From a virus, in the IMG/VR virus record IMGVR_UViG_3300004369_000008, positions 9,987 through 73,986 of that record: 64,000 bases of DNA; one strand, 5' to 3'. Below the pieces are notes generated by a model that saw nothing but the letters and a program-made list of their open reading frames with translations, was not told the origin of the DNA and searched no databases. The translations under genes and the position numbers were made by a program. Of the stretch, positions 37,083 through 47,184 are shown one piece after another (within the stretch, counting starts at the first letter, position 1; every line of letters begins with the position of its first letter).

Positions 37083-38306
37083 ATGGCTGATGATGTATTT
37101 CGCCAAAGAAAAAAGGTTAGCCTCAATGATGCAATCGATGAGGTAAACAACCAACAAGTTCAGGCAACAGATGAAGGAACGCTAATGAGCGAACAAACAG
37201 AAGAGGGCGATCCTCTACACGAAGTTAGGAAAGTGCAGCAGGCAATTGCACAAGCATCGGGAAGGGAAGTCCCGCAACAGATGGCAGCGGGCGCAGATGC
37301 TCCGTTCCAAATCGGCGGTAACATTCCGCCAGAATTTCGAGAAGCACTGGCAAACAAAGGCCAAGCTCCTCACTACGAAGAGGGCGTTGTCAAAGCCAAG
37401 CAGCCAAAGCAGAAGGTTGATGACGATGATGAGTTCTTCAAAACACCAGCCAGCAAAATGGCTCGAAAGAAGATGCCAACTCCAGACAGTCGTGTGAACC
37501 TAAGAACACAAGGCAGTGATAATCTGGAAGGTTTGCTGGATCGCCTCATCGAGAAACATCAATGGGAAGAATTTCAGTTTGCTTCTTTGGGAAAATTCTA
37601 TGATAACATCCCACAGACCATTCACATTCGAGCTATGACTGGTGAGGAAGAGCAAATTTTGGCCACTCCAAGATTTGTAAAGAAGGGCACGGCCATTGAC
37701 AAAATCTTCCAGCGTTGTATTCGAGAACCCCTTGATACCAGAGAGTTGTTGTCTGCCGACAGAAATCACTTGCTCATTTACCTGCGTGGTATTTCTTATA
37801 CCCCAGAGTATGACGTGGAAATCAAATGTCCGGCATGTGGAACCAAGTTCTCGACAACCATTGACTTGAACATCTTGGAAATCGATGCTTGTCCACCAGA
37901 CTTCGGCCCAGAAACTTTGAGTGGTGTTCTGCCAGCCAGCGGATTTTCCTATAGCTATCGACTCTCTACGGGTCAAGACGAACAAGCAATCAGCGCCTAC
38001 AGAGACCGCCGTATTCAAATGTGGGGTGACTCATCTGAAGACGACACGTTGCTTTATCGTACTGTGATTCTTATGGAAGAGATTGAAGGCGTTTCAGACA
38101 AGAAGGAACTGATGGTTCTTCTCAAGAGACTGCCGATTGTTGATGTCGCTCACCTTCGAAACGAGGTTAGTGATCCTCCATTCGGAGTTGATACAGAAGT
38201 TGAAATCATTTGTCCTTCATGTGCAGAGGAGTTCCATATTGATCTGCCGCTTGAAACAAATTTTTTCTTCCCAAGGAAGAAGGAGCAGGAAAGAACCCGA
38301 GCGTAG
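37083..38306 (+). CDS. Baseplate hub/tail assembly protein, T4 gp26-like
   Basis: RAMTGEEEQIL, DRNHLLIYLRGISY, CPACG, FGVDT..CPSC...NFFFP. Confidence 0.8.
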   Translation: MADDVFRQRKKVSLNDAIDEVNNQQVQATDEGTLMSEQTEEGDPLHEVRKVQQAIAQASGREVPQQMAAGADAPFQIGGNIPPEFREALANKGQAPHYEEGVVKAKQPKQKVDDDDEFFKTPASKMARKKMPTPDSRVNLRTQGSDNLEGLLDRLIEKHQWEEFQFASLGKFYDNIPQTIHIRAMTGEEEQILATPRFVKKGTAIDKIFQRCIREPLDTRELLSADRNHLLIYLRGISYTPEYDVEIKCPACGTKFSTTIDLNILEIDACPPDFGPETLSGVLPASGFSYSYRLSTGQDEQAISAYRDRRIQMWGDSSEDDTLLYRTVILMEEIEGVSDKKELMVLLKRLPIVDVAHLRNEVSDPPFGVDTEVEIICPSCAEEFHIDLPLETNFFFPRKKEQERTRA

Positions 38307-38482
38307 AACTCTGGACAACCCTGATGGAAGAGCTTTTCTTCTTCCAATATCACATGAACATGAGCAAGCAGGATAGCATGACGCTTCCTGTCCATGAAAG
38401 AAAGTGGTTGATCCAGCGTTTTATTGACCAAAAGAAGAGGGAAAATGACGCAATGGAGAAGGCACGAAAGGCTAAGAAGTAA
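38258..38482 (+). CDS. gp51-like tail assembly ORF in -1 frame (frameshift extension, or ATG 38324 start)
   Basis: MEELFFFQYHMNMSKQDSMTLPVHERKWLIQRF; frame opens at AAATTTT slippery site. Confidence 0.7.
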   Translation, partial: KFFLPKEEGAGKNPSVELWTTLMEELFFFQYHMNMSKQDSMTLPVHERKWLIQRFIDQKKRENDAMEKARKAKK

Positions 38483-39248
38483 GAAAATGATTGAGATTCC
38501 TTATAAAATGATAACTTTCTCTCTCTTATAGAACATGAGAGAAAGTTACTCATGCAAAAGGAGTCTCAAATGAACGATAAGAAATTATGTGAATGTGGAT
38601 GCGGGAAAGAGGTAAAGGTTTGGAAAAACGGAAGATTCAGCCCTTTCCTCAGAGGACATCACATGCGAAAGAAGGGCTGGACGCCACCTGATCCAAATAC
38701 AAAACATTATTGTAAATGTGGATGTAAAACAGAGATCAAGCCATTGAAGAGCGGTCATATCAACAAGTATATTAAAGGTCATCATCTTAAAGGAAAAGAA
38801 TTAGACCTTAAATATAGATTAGAGAGAACAAGGAATCGATGGGATAAAGAGCCTATACTAAGTCCTTATTTAAAAGACACGTTTATTTCATTTAACAAAA
38901 ATCTTAAGAGATGGACGGCTTGTGTAAAATGGGAAAACGGAAAAAACAGAGGTGTAATGCACGCCAACGCTGTTTACAGAGAACACTTTGGAGATATTCC
39001 CAAAGGCTATGTGGTCCACCACAAGAATGGTCGATGTGACAGGATTAAAGATGACAGACCCGAAAATCTTATGTTGCTTATTGATGAGTGGAACTTAAGG
39101 TTCTTTCCAGTATTAGCTAAAGGATTTGGTGTAGAAGAAAAAATCGTGACTGATTGTTACTTAAGAATTCAAGATGAAAATTTAAGTAGAGAAGAATTAT
39201 TCGCTATGTTATGTGAGGAATTGGCTTCTTCACGAAAGGCTAAGAAGT
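38463..39248. repeat. 18-bp direct repeat flanking HNH gene
   Basis: CACGAAAGGCTAAGAAGT at 38463-38480 and 39231-39248. Confidence 0.85.
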
Positions 39249-39250
39249 GA
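38570..39250 (+). mobile_element. HNH homing endonuclease-like gene
   Basis: CECGCG/CKCGC repeats; IPKGYVVHHKNG...DDRPENLML; flanked by 18-bp direct repeat. Confidence 0.8.
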
Positions 39251-39308
39251 TAAGAAAGTACAAAGACCAATTTAGTGACAGCAGCCGATTTTGGAGGAGG
39301 CTCAGAGA

Positions 39309-40052
39309 ATGGCAATTACAAAAGAACGATACCAAAACCCAACCTACGGGGACACGGTAAACTTGCGGCTGTTTTCATACAACAGCAACAACCTTGCCGA
39401 TTTTGATTCCATCGAGAAAGTAGACCTCTACATTCTCGAACCCAGCGAAGCTACAGACATCAACCCAGATGGTCGTCGTTTGGTGGAAACATTCGATGGT
39501 AGTGCCGTTACTCTGGAAGATACAGGAACCCATTTGCTGTCCGTCGATCTTGTCAAAGATTTATACCTCATTGGGAATTACATTGATATATGGACGGTCA
39601 ATCCTGACTCTGAGTCTCCATCCCAAACCGTTGAGCAGTGCTTTTCAGTCTATCCGGCACTCTGGTACACAACGCCCACGCCTGTTGTGTACGACTTCTC
39701 ATTCTTCTTCCAACCGAATAAGTTAAGACAAGGATCGAAGCAGTTTATCATTGTGGAAATCAGGCCGAATGTTCCAAGAGGTAGTGATCTTCAAAAATAC
39801 TACGAGAACTTGGCCATTGTGTCCGATCTGAAGATTTCGATTGAACAAAGATGCGGAGAGTGTCTGCCTCAAGAGTGTGATCTGAGGCTTATCGTAGACA
39901 ACGAATCAGTTGACTATCGTGAGAAAAGATATGGATATTTCAAGATTGACACAGAAGACTGGGAGTGTGGCATCTATGACGTTTGGTTCCAACTGGATTT
40001 TGGAGAAAATCGCTACATCAGCGAACGGCAACAACTTCAGATTTATTCGTAA
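39309..40052 (+). CDS. Hypothetical beta-rich (probable virion) protein
   Basis: GGAGG RBS; 247 aa. Confidence 0.7.
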   Translation: MAITKERYQNPTYGDTVNLRLFSYNSNNLADFDSIEKVDLYILEPSEATDINPDGRRLVETFDGSAVTLEDTGTHLLSVDLVKDLYLIGNYIDIWTVNPDSESPSQTVEQCFSVYPALWYTTPTPVVYDFSFFFQPNKLRQGSKQFIIVEIRPNVPRGSDLQKYYENLAIVSDLKISIEQRCGECLPQECDLRLIVDNESVDYREKRYGYFKIDTEDWECGIYDVWFQLDFGENRYISERQQLQIYS

Positions 40053-40073
40053 ATCAAAGAGTGTTCTATAAAA

Positions 40074-40339
40074 ATGAAAGAAAAGAACAAACAGTTAAGG
40101 ATGGAAGTGTATGAAGCATACGGCGGACCTGTTTGTAACTGTTGTGGAGAAACAATAATAGAATTCCTTAGCGTCGATCATGTTAATAATGATGGAGCGA
40201 CACACAGAAAGAGCATAGGAAGAACAAGTGTTTTACAATGGCGTAAAAAAATTGCTACCCAGAAGGGTATCAAGTGTTGTGCTTCAATTGTAACATGGGA
40301 AAACAATTCAATGGGGGAATTTGCCCCCATCACAATTAA
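40074..40339 (+). pseudogene. Frameshifted HNH endonuclease
   Basis: YGGPVCNCCGE..FLSVDH continues in the -1 frame after an A7 run as NCYPEGYQVLCFNCNMGK...CPH. Confidence 0.75.
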
Positions 40340-40400
40340 GAGTTTGCTTAGAGTGGAAGACAAGGAGGACGACCACGCAGCATTAAACACAGGAGACATA

Positions 40401-40991
40401 ATGAAAGCGAGTCGTGTCGAAAGGTGTGACATCTACATCTCAGAACAAAGATTGCAGATCGATCCCAACAAGCCAGTCCATCCATTGAATAAGAGGCCAT
40501 TGAAAAACAATTTCATGTTCGTGCCTAGTCACTGCCCTGAACTTCGGGCACATACTAAATCTGTGGTTTGGGACTGTGTAAACAAAATTCTCACCGTTGA
40601 GATTTACGAAACTAAAGATTTTGCCGCCCACAAATGGTTCGGGACAATCAACAAAAGAAAGCGAGATGCTACCAACAGTCCATTTGTAGACATTGGTAAA
40701 GATGCTGTAGCTTTGATTTTCTTGGACGCCGAAGATGCAGAAGTGGCTAGATTCAAGTTCCTCAACTTAGAACTGATTGAACATGAATGTTCATTGGGTC
40801 AAGTTAAATGGGATATCACAGCAATGACATTTGGAGTTGATTCACCAAATGAGCCGGACCCATTGGTTCATGAAATCAAAATCAAATATGAAGACGTTAA
40901 TGAGTTGATGGTTCACAAAGAAGACGAACCATCAAATCCAAACGAGATAGCAGATCAAGAATGGCAGGACGTGAAACCGGAAGAGATTTGA
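40401..40991 (+). CDS. Hypothetical protein
   Basis: True start MKASRV after AGGAGA; the track fuses it to the HNH remnant. Confidence 0.7.
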   Translation: MKASRVERCDIYISEQRLQIDPNKPVHPLNKRPLKNNFMFVPSHCPELRAHTKSVVWDCVNKILTVEIYETKDFAAHKWFGTINKRKRDATNSPFVDIGKDAVALIFLDAEDAEVARFKFLNLELIEHECSLGQVKWDITAMTFGVDSPNEPDPLVHEIKIKYEDVNELMVHKEDEPSNPNEIADQEWQDVKPEEI

Positions 40992-41761
40992 AATGGGCTG
41001 TAGGAATTATAACATGTCCTCGAAAAGAGGACTTCCTACAGAAGACTCTGACATCAATCCAAAACGCTGGATGGTCTTATGAGTCAATCACTGTGTTTGC
41101 AGAGCCAAATACAGATGTGCCTGAAAATTTCGAAGGAATCGTTGTAAGGAGAACAAAGCAGTTCGGTGATTGGACAAACTGGGCCACTGGATTGTTTGAA
41201 TTACTACTGAGAGAGCCTGACGCAGACTACTTTCTCATGTCGGAAGACGATGTACTATACAACAGAGACTCGAAACAATACCTAGAAATCTCGTTCCCCC
41301 ATCTAGGAGACTTTGGGTCTCTGTCTCTTTACACACCGTCAAGATATCACAAAAAGAAGTTCCATGGTTGGCACAATGAGTGCCGAGGCGTCGAAACATG
41401 GTCTACAGTGACGGTCATCATGTCCAAGGAAAGTGTTATCAGATTCTTCGCTCACGAAGATACGCAGAGGCATCGCTTCCAAGACATTTTTCAAGCACCA
41501 GAAGTGCAATGGGGCGTAACTTGCGATCCTCAAAATTCTGTTAAAGATGCAGTCTTGGGACACTGGGCCAAAAAACACGGTCTGCCTGTGTATTATCACA
41601 CTCCTGCTTTGGCACAACATATTGGAATTACATCAACCATCAGCGACGAAAAAGCGTCAGTGGACAATAGCAGACAGGCGGCTGATTTCGTGGGCGAAGA
41701 CGCTAGGTTGGATATGACAGAAGTTCCAAAGACCCTTAGTTTTTGGCGGATTCCTCTGTAG
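40961..41761 (+). CDS. Glycosyltransferase-like protein
   Basis: FLMSEDDVLY; PALAQHIGITS. Confidence 0.7.
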   Translation: MAGRETGRDLKWAVGIITCPRKEDFLQKTLTSIQNAGWSYESITVFAEPNTDVPENFEGIVVRRTKQFGDWTNWATGLFELLLREPDADYFLMSEDDVLYNRDSKQYLEISFPHLGDFGSLSLYTPSRYHKKKFHGWHNECRGVETWSTVTVIMSKESVIRFFAHEDTQRHRFQDIFQAPEVQWGVTCDPQNSVKDAVLGHWAKKHGLPVYYHTPALAQHIGITSTISDEKASVDNSRQAADFVGEDARLDMTEVPKTLSFWRIPL

Positions 41762-42236
41762 TGAAGATGTACGCTGGCACTTCGTTAATCCCCAAATGTT
41801 TGGCACAACAAGCTCTGTGACAACCATCAAATCGAAAGTATCTCATTCCAAGATTTGTATTGGAAACATCAGCGACACAAACAGGATGCTTGTCATCAAA
41901 ACCATTTTCTCTTATGTCCTCAAGAAGATCAAGAAATGACTTGGCTCGTTCGTCGGCCAAATCTTCTTCATATCGAGTGTCAAGATACTCAGCGAAGTAA
42001 GATTGAGGATTGCCGTCCAAGAAGGATAGATGCCAACGCTCTACTTCTGATCTATTTTTGGCCAGAACGTCATCGACAAGAATCATCCCTTTCCGACAGG
42101 AAGCTAATTCCAAGTTAGGAATTGAAACAGAAGGCCCCACTCTGGTCCAGCCTCCGTCTTTAGGTCCGCCTGCGCACCAGTCCTCAAGATTCTCCTTAAA
42201 GTACCTTTGATGTTTCTCTTTGATGTAGAAGATCAT
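41736..42236 (-). CDS. ParB-like domain protein
   Basis: IRENGF...PV...FDGCHRAC.A. Confidence 0.65.
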   Translation of the reverse strand: MIFYIKEKHQRYFKENLEDWCAGGPKDGGWTRVGPSVSIPNLELASCRKGMILVDDVLAKNRSEVERWHLSFLDGNPQSYFAEYLDTRYEEDLADERAKSFLDLLEDIRENGFDDKHPVCVADVSNTNLGMRYFRFDGCHRACCAKHLGINEVPAYIFTTEESAKN

Positions 42237-43123
42237 AGAATTAGTTTGAAATCCCGGTCATAGTTCAGACACATATTTTGACAACACTTATGCAACTTGG
42301 GCTTGTCGCTACACCATTCCAATGCACCATTGTCGGCGATCCTGACATCTCTGTAGGGATCGAAAGATCGTAAACAATTCCATCGTTTACGATAGTTCCT
42401 GTTGCCATGCCACAGATGATGAATATGACCTTCTAGGCAGCCCACGCTTCCATCAATGTATTCATGAAAGGGTTTTGCCCATTCAAAATAATGAGCTTGC
42501 ATGGTGTCATTTACCCGATCCATGAATCCATTGCCCCAGTCGCCCCAGATGGCGATAATGAAAGCAATGTCATCACTGCCGGTAATCCAATAGTTGTAAA
42601 TGCCGTGTTTCTCAACAACTTCTCTTTGCACACCCCAAGAAAACCCACTGGCAAACTTCTTGCTCAAATCAAGACAACTGCTGAGTTCTTTGTTCCAAGG
42701 CAGTTTGGAATTCTCCAGTGCAACTTTTGCAACACTCTTCTTCCTCTCTCCGAGCGAACCGTCTCTTTTCAATAGAGTGATTTCAGAGAAGCTCTGGACC
42801 ATTTTGTGACTGGAAAGCGATTCATCCATCTTCTCATACCAATCAGGATCGTCGAAGAGAATATCGGCGTCTACCCAAACGGCTTTATCGTACTTGTCGG
42901 GAAGGCTCTTGATGACATGATTGACAAGTCTGTATTGTTGCCAAAGAACACTCTGACATCTGATCTGTATGGCACCATCGACAGAGAAGGGATCATCACC
43001 AAAAGCGGCCTCGATGATAAACAAAGGACGATTGCCAATGCCCTCACGAAACCTATTGAAGTTTGCAAGTTTAACTGGATTGTTTGAAGGGTTGTAATAG
43101 TTAGTCACTACAGCCAGAGTCAT
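42233..43123 (-). CDS. Glycosyltransferase-like protein
   Basis: WVDADILF; GSDD; HLWHG. Confidence 0.75.
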   Translation of the reverse strand: MTLAVVTNYYNPSNNPVKLANFNRFREGIGNRPLFIIEAAFGDDPFSVDGAIQIRCQSVLWQQYRLVNHVIKSLPDKYDKAVWVDADILFDDPDWYEKMDESLSSHKMVQSFSEITLLKRDGSLGERKKSVAKVALENSKLPWNKELSSCLDLSKKFASGFSWGVQREVVEKHGIYNYWITGSDDIAFIIAIWGDWGNGFMDRVNDTMQAHYFEWAKPFHEYIDGSVGCLEGHIHHLWHGNRNYRKRWNCLRSFDPYRDVRIADNGALEWCSDKPKLHKCCQNMCLNYDRDFKLIL

Positions 43124-43782
43124 AAACTTACAAAATCCTGAATGCAGGTTCCTGACGAAAAATGAGTCAATTGAGGATTGTGTTTGATGGTTTTGCATTG
43201 GTTCTTGATAGACTTAAAGAACAACTGACAGGTGTTATAGAATACTCCTTCAATTTCAATCTTGTTCATAGAAATCGAAGGAGTCCCAATTTCTTGAAGT
43301 CTCCACAAAGTAGGGCAAACCTCAAATGTGTATTTAGGGTCATCGCTAACTCGACCCATTCCAATCACCAGTCCTTCCATTGACCGCATTTGTGATAACC
43401 AATCTTTGCCTTTGAAGACGCAATCTGGTTCGATGAGAAGAATCTCTTCATAGTTTGTGAATGTCTGAAAGACAAAATCCAACACGTCTCCATGATAAGC
43501 CAATCTCTCTACATCTTGACCTTTATGGTTCTCAAAAACAACATGCACATCTGAGTATTCTTTAAGAAGTTGAGATTCTTTTTGACACAATGAATTGACA
43601 TGCGAATCTTGACCACAATAGCCACGAGTCTTCCTTACCTTCTGGCCCGGAAGTGGGTTGTTGTCAATTCCAATCAACGTTTCGTGAGGAAAATGCTCTC
43701 GGAAAGACCTTAAGCATCTAGGGGTCCAAATGTAAGTGTAGTGAATTATCAGAACAACAGCCATCTTTGAGAACTTAAACAT
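43120..43782 (-). CDS. Glycosyltransferase-like protein
   Basis: CLRSFR..FP...IGIDN; HG..LD; LIEPDC. Confidence 0.6.
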   Translation of the reverse strand: MFKFSKMAVVLIIHYTYIWTPRCLRSFREHFPHETLIGIDNNPLPGQKVRKTRGYCGQDSHVNSLCQKESQLLKEYSDVHVVFENHKGQDVERLAYHGDVLDFVFQTFTNYEEILLIEPDCVFKGKDWLSQMRSMEGLVIGMGRVSDDPKYTFEVCPTLWRLQEIGTPSISMNKIEIEGVFYNTCQLFFKSIKNQCKTIKHNPQLTHFSSGTCIQDFVSL

Positions 43783-44641
43783 CAATCCTCTCTTCGTAAT
43801 TCTTCCACACAACACCGCTTCCCCATGACTTAGGATTTACTGCCACCTTACCTTTGGTGATTTTGTCCAAAGTGATTGATGCGTTAACCTCTTGCATTTT
43901 CTTGTAATTTTTGTTCTTAACGTATTTAACACGTTCATCATCTTTGGTTTCCAACCTGTCTTCTGTGAAGCTTGATTCGTACCTGACGATAGTAAAACCA
44001 CACATCATGGCTCTAAACACGAAGTTCATATCGTCATGACCGAATCCATTATCCAAGTCCTCATCGAATCCTGTGAGATATTCGATATCCTTTTTGTAAA
44101 GAGCGAAACGACCCTTCAAATATAGTCTCTTACTGCCTCTGATAAGGAAGTTATCGGGAACTATGAGTATACGATCATCGGCAACAGAAGCACATTCATT
44201 AAGTCTGGTTGCGTAACCTCTATGTGTGAAATTGTCGGAATCAACATTGGCTATCAGATCATTTTTAGCTAATCGAAATGACATATTTCTTGAATGATTG
44301 GGCCTAAAGTGTTGCTGGCCCTTGGTTTGATAAACAACCAGTCTCCCACTGTCCATATAACTCTTCATTTCAGAACTACTGAGTATCCAATTTTTCAAGC
44401 CATCATTGCTTGAATAATCCAACAGAAGAAATTCAAGATCGTCATAATCAGAATTGTCTTCGAGGTTGCGAGGCAGTGTTTTACGAAGATCGTGAAGCCT
44501 ATTCATACATGTTGTGCAAATTGTAATGGACTTCTGGGGTATTCCGTTCATGTTCTTTTCGGGAAACACAGTTCGCTTAATGTACTTCCTTGTATTTCGA
44601 AAAAACTCAACGTGATTTCTATTCATTTGATAGTACAACAT
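43775..44641 (-). CDS. GT2 family glycosyltransferase
   Basis: CTTCMNR, LLDYSSNDG, SRN, NVDSD, GFDE...GFGHDD. Confidence 0.85.
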   Translation of the reverse strand: MLYYQMNRNHVEFFRNTRKYIKRTVFPEKNMNGIPQKSITICTTCMNRLHDLRKTLPRNLEDNSDYDDLEFLLLDYSSNDGLKNWILSSSEMKSYMDSGRLVVYQTKGQQHFRPNHSRNMSFRLAKNDLIANVDSDNFTHRGYATRLNECASVADDRILIVPDNFLIRGSKRLYLKGRFALYKKDIEYLTGFDEDLDNGFGHDDMNFVFRAMMCGFTIVRYESSFTEDRLETKDDERVKYVKNKNYKKMQEVNASITLDKITKGKVAVNPKSWGSGVVWKNYEERIDV

Positions 44642-45335
44642 TCTTCAATCTCTCGTAAACACAATGAGCAGGATGGTTTCCATCTTTATTTATCGATTCA
44701 CGACGCCATATTTCATTCCAGAGATGGATGGCATGAGAGTCGGGAATTGGCCTGTTTTCAGTTACAATTTTTGGAGCATCGAACCAGTGAATCGGGCAAA
44801 ATGTACTAGGCGGCTGACAGTAACGATCTGTGCCTGTCATGATTGATGCCTCATTGATGAGGAGAGGACCAATTTCTCCCCAGACGAGTTTCTCTCGCTC
44901 CTTGGAGTAAACGACATCAAGACAGTATTTCATAAGATCGCTTTTTCGAGGGCACTTAAAAACACAAGATGCGGTTTGTGCATGTCCTTTTCTTGTCGCT
45001 TCACTAGAAAGAACGTAGTCTGTGTCGAAATTGAACTCTTTGAGACACACAACATCCGTGTCACACCACCAGCCACCTCTCTCATAAATCAACTTGTATC
45101 TAAAGAGATTTGAAAAAGCAGATACGCTACCTTTGCCTTCGGAAGTTTGGTAGACGAATATCTCGTCTTTAGAAAGGATTTCATTGCCATCTTCCACAAC
45201 GATACCATTAGGCACACCTTCCGCATCTCCATAAGTCCAAAGATGGCACTCGTGGCCAACTTTAAGATGACTACGAAGAGCCAATTTTTCCATAGTTGAA
45301 AGTTTTCCGCCGATCCACAGACAGTTGGTTATCAT
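44619..45335 (-). CDS. GT32-like (DxD) glycosyltransferase
   Basis: FSNLFRY, YERGGWWCDTDV, WGEIGP, HLWNE. Confidence 0.85.
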   Translation of the reverse strand: MITNCLWIGGKLSTMEKLALRSHLKVGHECHLWTYGDAEGVPNGIVVEDGNEILSKDEIFVYQTSEGKGSVSAFSNLFRYKLIYERGGWWCDTDVVCLKEFNFDTDYVLSSEATRKGHAQTASCVFKCPRKSDLMKYCLDVVYSKEREKLVWGEIGPLLINEASIMTGTDRYCQPPSTFCPIHWFDAPKIVTENRPIPDSHAIHLWNEIWRRESINKDGNHPAHCVYERLKNVVLSNE

Positions 45336-46093
45336 ATCATCTTCACTTTCTTGTTTGTGGTCAGTTCCGAAAATGTATGAAGCCACTCTATCAAAGATGA
45401 AGCCCACAATGCTTTCTTGTCAATCGGATGTTTAAGAGGCACAACCCAAGAAGCTAAATTGGAAACATCTTTGCATCTAATCAGACATGTGTAAGAACCA
45501 ATGTGTTGATTGTAACAACTCATTGGCTCTGGGACATAGAGTCTTTTGGCCTCATAAAGTTTCCTCAATAGGTATTTGTGATTTTGAAGCAACAAATGTA
45601 ACTCATGTTGAGAAAGTTTCTTAAGAAAGCCTGCTTTGATGCAATGATCGCTAGTGCAATAAATCATCGATCTTTGAAAGCTATCTTGACCCCAATAACT
45701 CAAGCTTCTGATATTGATGTAAGAATTGCAAATTTGCTGCCATTGTAAAACATCAATTGAGTCGCCCATTTCTGAATTGATGAAGTCAGATATTTCAGGA
45801 TGCAACCAATCGTCATCGTCCATGGGAATGACAATATCGTTGTTGTTTAATTTGTGAACATCTGAGTATTTGCTTATGACTTGAACTGGGCATATTTCCG
45901 TTGCCTTTTCTTTAAGACGATAACGGAATTTTTGCCAACTGTTCTGATATTTTTTATTCCAATCTTCAAGAAGGTTAACCAGAGGTTCTGGCAAGTGATC
46001 CGATGAGCCATCTCCCATGGTAATAGGCTGACGGCACTGGTCAATACTGATGTCCTTCCAGTCTTCTGTTGATCTTAAAAAAACGTATATCAT
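45332..46093 (-). CDS. Glycosyltransferase-like hypothetical protein
   Basis: VIPMDDDDW motif; located in the GT cluster. Confidence 0.55.
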   Translation of the reverse strand: MIYVFLRSTEDWKDISIDQCRQPITMGDGSSDHLPEPLVNLLEDWNKKYQNSWQKFRYRLKEKATEICPVQVISKYSDVHKLNNNDIVIPMDDDDWLHPEISDFINSEMGDSIDVLQWQQICNSYINIRSLSYWGQDSFQRSMIYCTSDHCIKAGFLKKLSQHELHLLLQNHKYLLRKLYEAKRLYVPEPMSCYNQHIGSYTCLIRCKDVSNLASWVVPLKHPIDKKALWASSLIEWLHTFSELTTNKKVKMI

Positions 46094-46217
46094 TTGAAAA
46101 ATAACCCCTATGTATCTAATATATTGTGAGCGAAAAAATCCTCGGAGGCGTGACTTAGCCTCCAAAGCAATTTTGCACAGCCCAATTGAGGATGAGGGTG
46201 CTAAAAGGAGATAAGTT

Positions 46218-47162
46218 ATGGTTTATTCCAACAAATTTGTGATGTGTGTCTTGCTCAATGGCAAGCCACTGGAAGAACTGGCCAATGGCCAAGTGAAACT
46301 TCCCTTCGGTACTGAGTATGCTTTAAGACTCCGCAACCGAAACAACCGCCGAGCGGTCGTCAAACTCTACATCGACGGCGAAAACGTCTCTGCTGGCGGA
46401 TATGTTGTTCCCGCTAACAACTTCATCGATATCAAGCGTCACCATGACGTGGATCGAGCTTTCAAGTTCGTTTCCCTCGACAGTGAAGATGCTATCGACT
46501 TCGGAAAAAATGGTCCGAACGAAGATAAGGTAAAGGGAACCATTGAGGCTCGCTTCTATCTGGAGAAAGAGCAACCACAGGTGGTCTATCGTGATGTTCA
46601 CCATCATCACCACCCAGTGCCACGTCCTCAGCCATGGCCAAATCCTTATCCATTAAGACCATATTACACATGTGGCGGGGAAGGGTTAGAAGGATTGAGA
46701 ACCACATGTGGTGGCGGTTCAAGTGGCCAAAGTTATAGCAACTCGCTATCGTTTGAAGGTGGCGGAACTCAAAACTCTGCTGGAGCATCATTCAATGCTG
46801 CTCCTGAAACAACACTGTCATTCAGTGGTGACGTTGCCCCAGCATCATTCAATGCTGCTCCTCTCAAGGATGGCTGTACGGTTGAAGGATATGTCACCGG
46901 CCAGAGTTTCACGTCAACATGGATTGACACCGAAGAAACCTACACCAGTGTCAAAGTCTTTCTCCAAGGATTTGAGGAAGAAAAGCCAGTTTCCGTCGCA
47001 AAGCCCTCTAAGAAGAAAAGTCGAAACGGGAGCAGAAGACGCCCAACGAACAAAGATGTTCGTCTCGATGATCTTGAGGCAGAGAACGAAGAACTTCGCC
47101 GGAAACTTGCTGAAATTGAGAACGAAAAACTCAAAGCAAAACTCAAAGAATCTGAGAAGTAA
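46218..47162 (+). CDS. Phage hypothetical protein with low-complexity linker and coiled-coil tail
   Basis: AAGGAG RBS; EYALRLRN...IDGE; ASFNAAP repeated twice. Confidence 0.8.
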   Translation: MVYSNKFVMCVLLNGKPLEELANGQVKLPFGTEYALRLRNRNNRRAVVKLYIDGENVSAGGYVVPANNFIDIKRHHDVDRAFKFVSLDSEDAIDFGKNGPNEDKVKGTIEARFYLEKEQPQVVYRDVHHHHHPVPRPQPWPNPYPLRPYYTCGGEGLEGLRTTCGGGSSGQSYSNSLSFEGGGTQNSAGASFNAAPETTLSFSGDVAPASFNAAPLKDGCTVEGYVTGQSFTSTWIDTEETYTSVKVFLQGFEEEKPVSVAKPSKKKSRNGSRRRPTNKDVRLDDLEAENEELRRKLAEIENEKLKAKLKESEK

Positions 47163-47184
47163 CGAGAACTGTTCATAGAAGCAG

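Noticed and set aside
40074-40991. 305-aa HNH-fusion protein as listed in the ORF track
   Set aside because: Better explained as a frameshifted HNH plus a separate gene with its own RBS at 40401.
46140-46210. Riboswitch in the leader of the 46218 gene
   Set aside because: Only short hairpins are present and I could not match them to a known family consensus.
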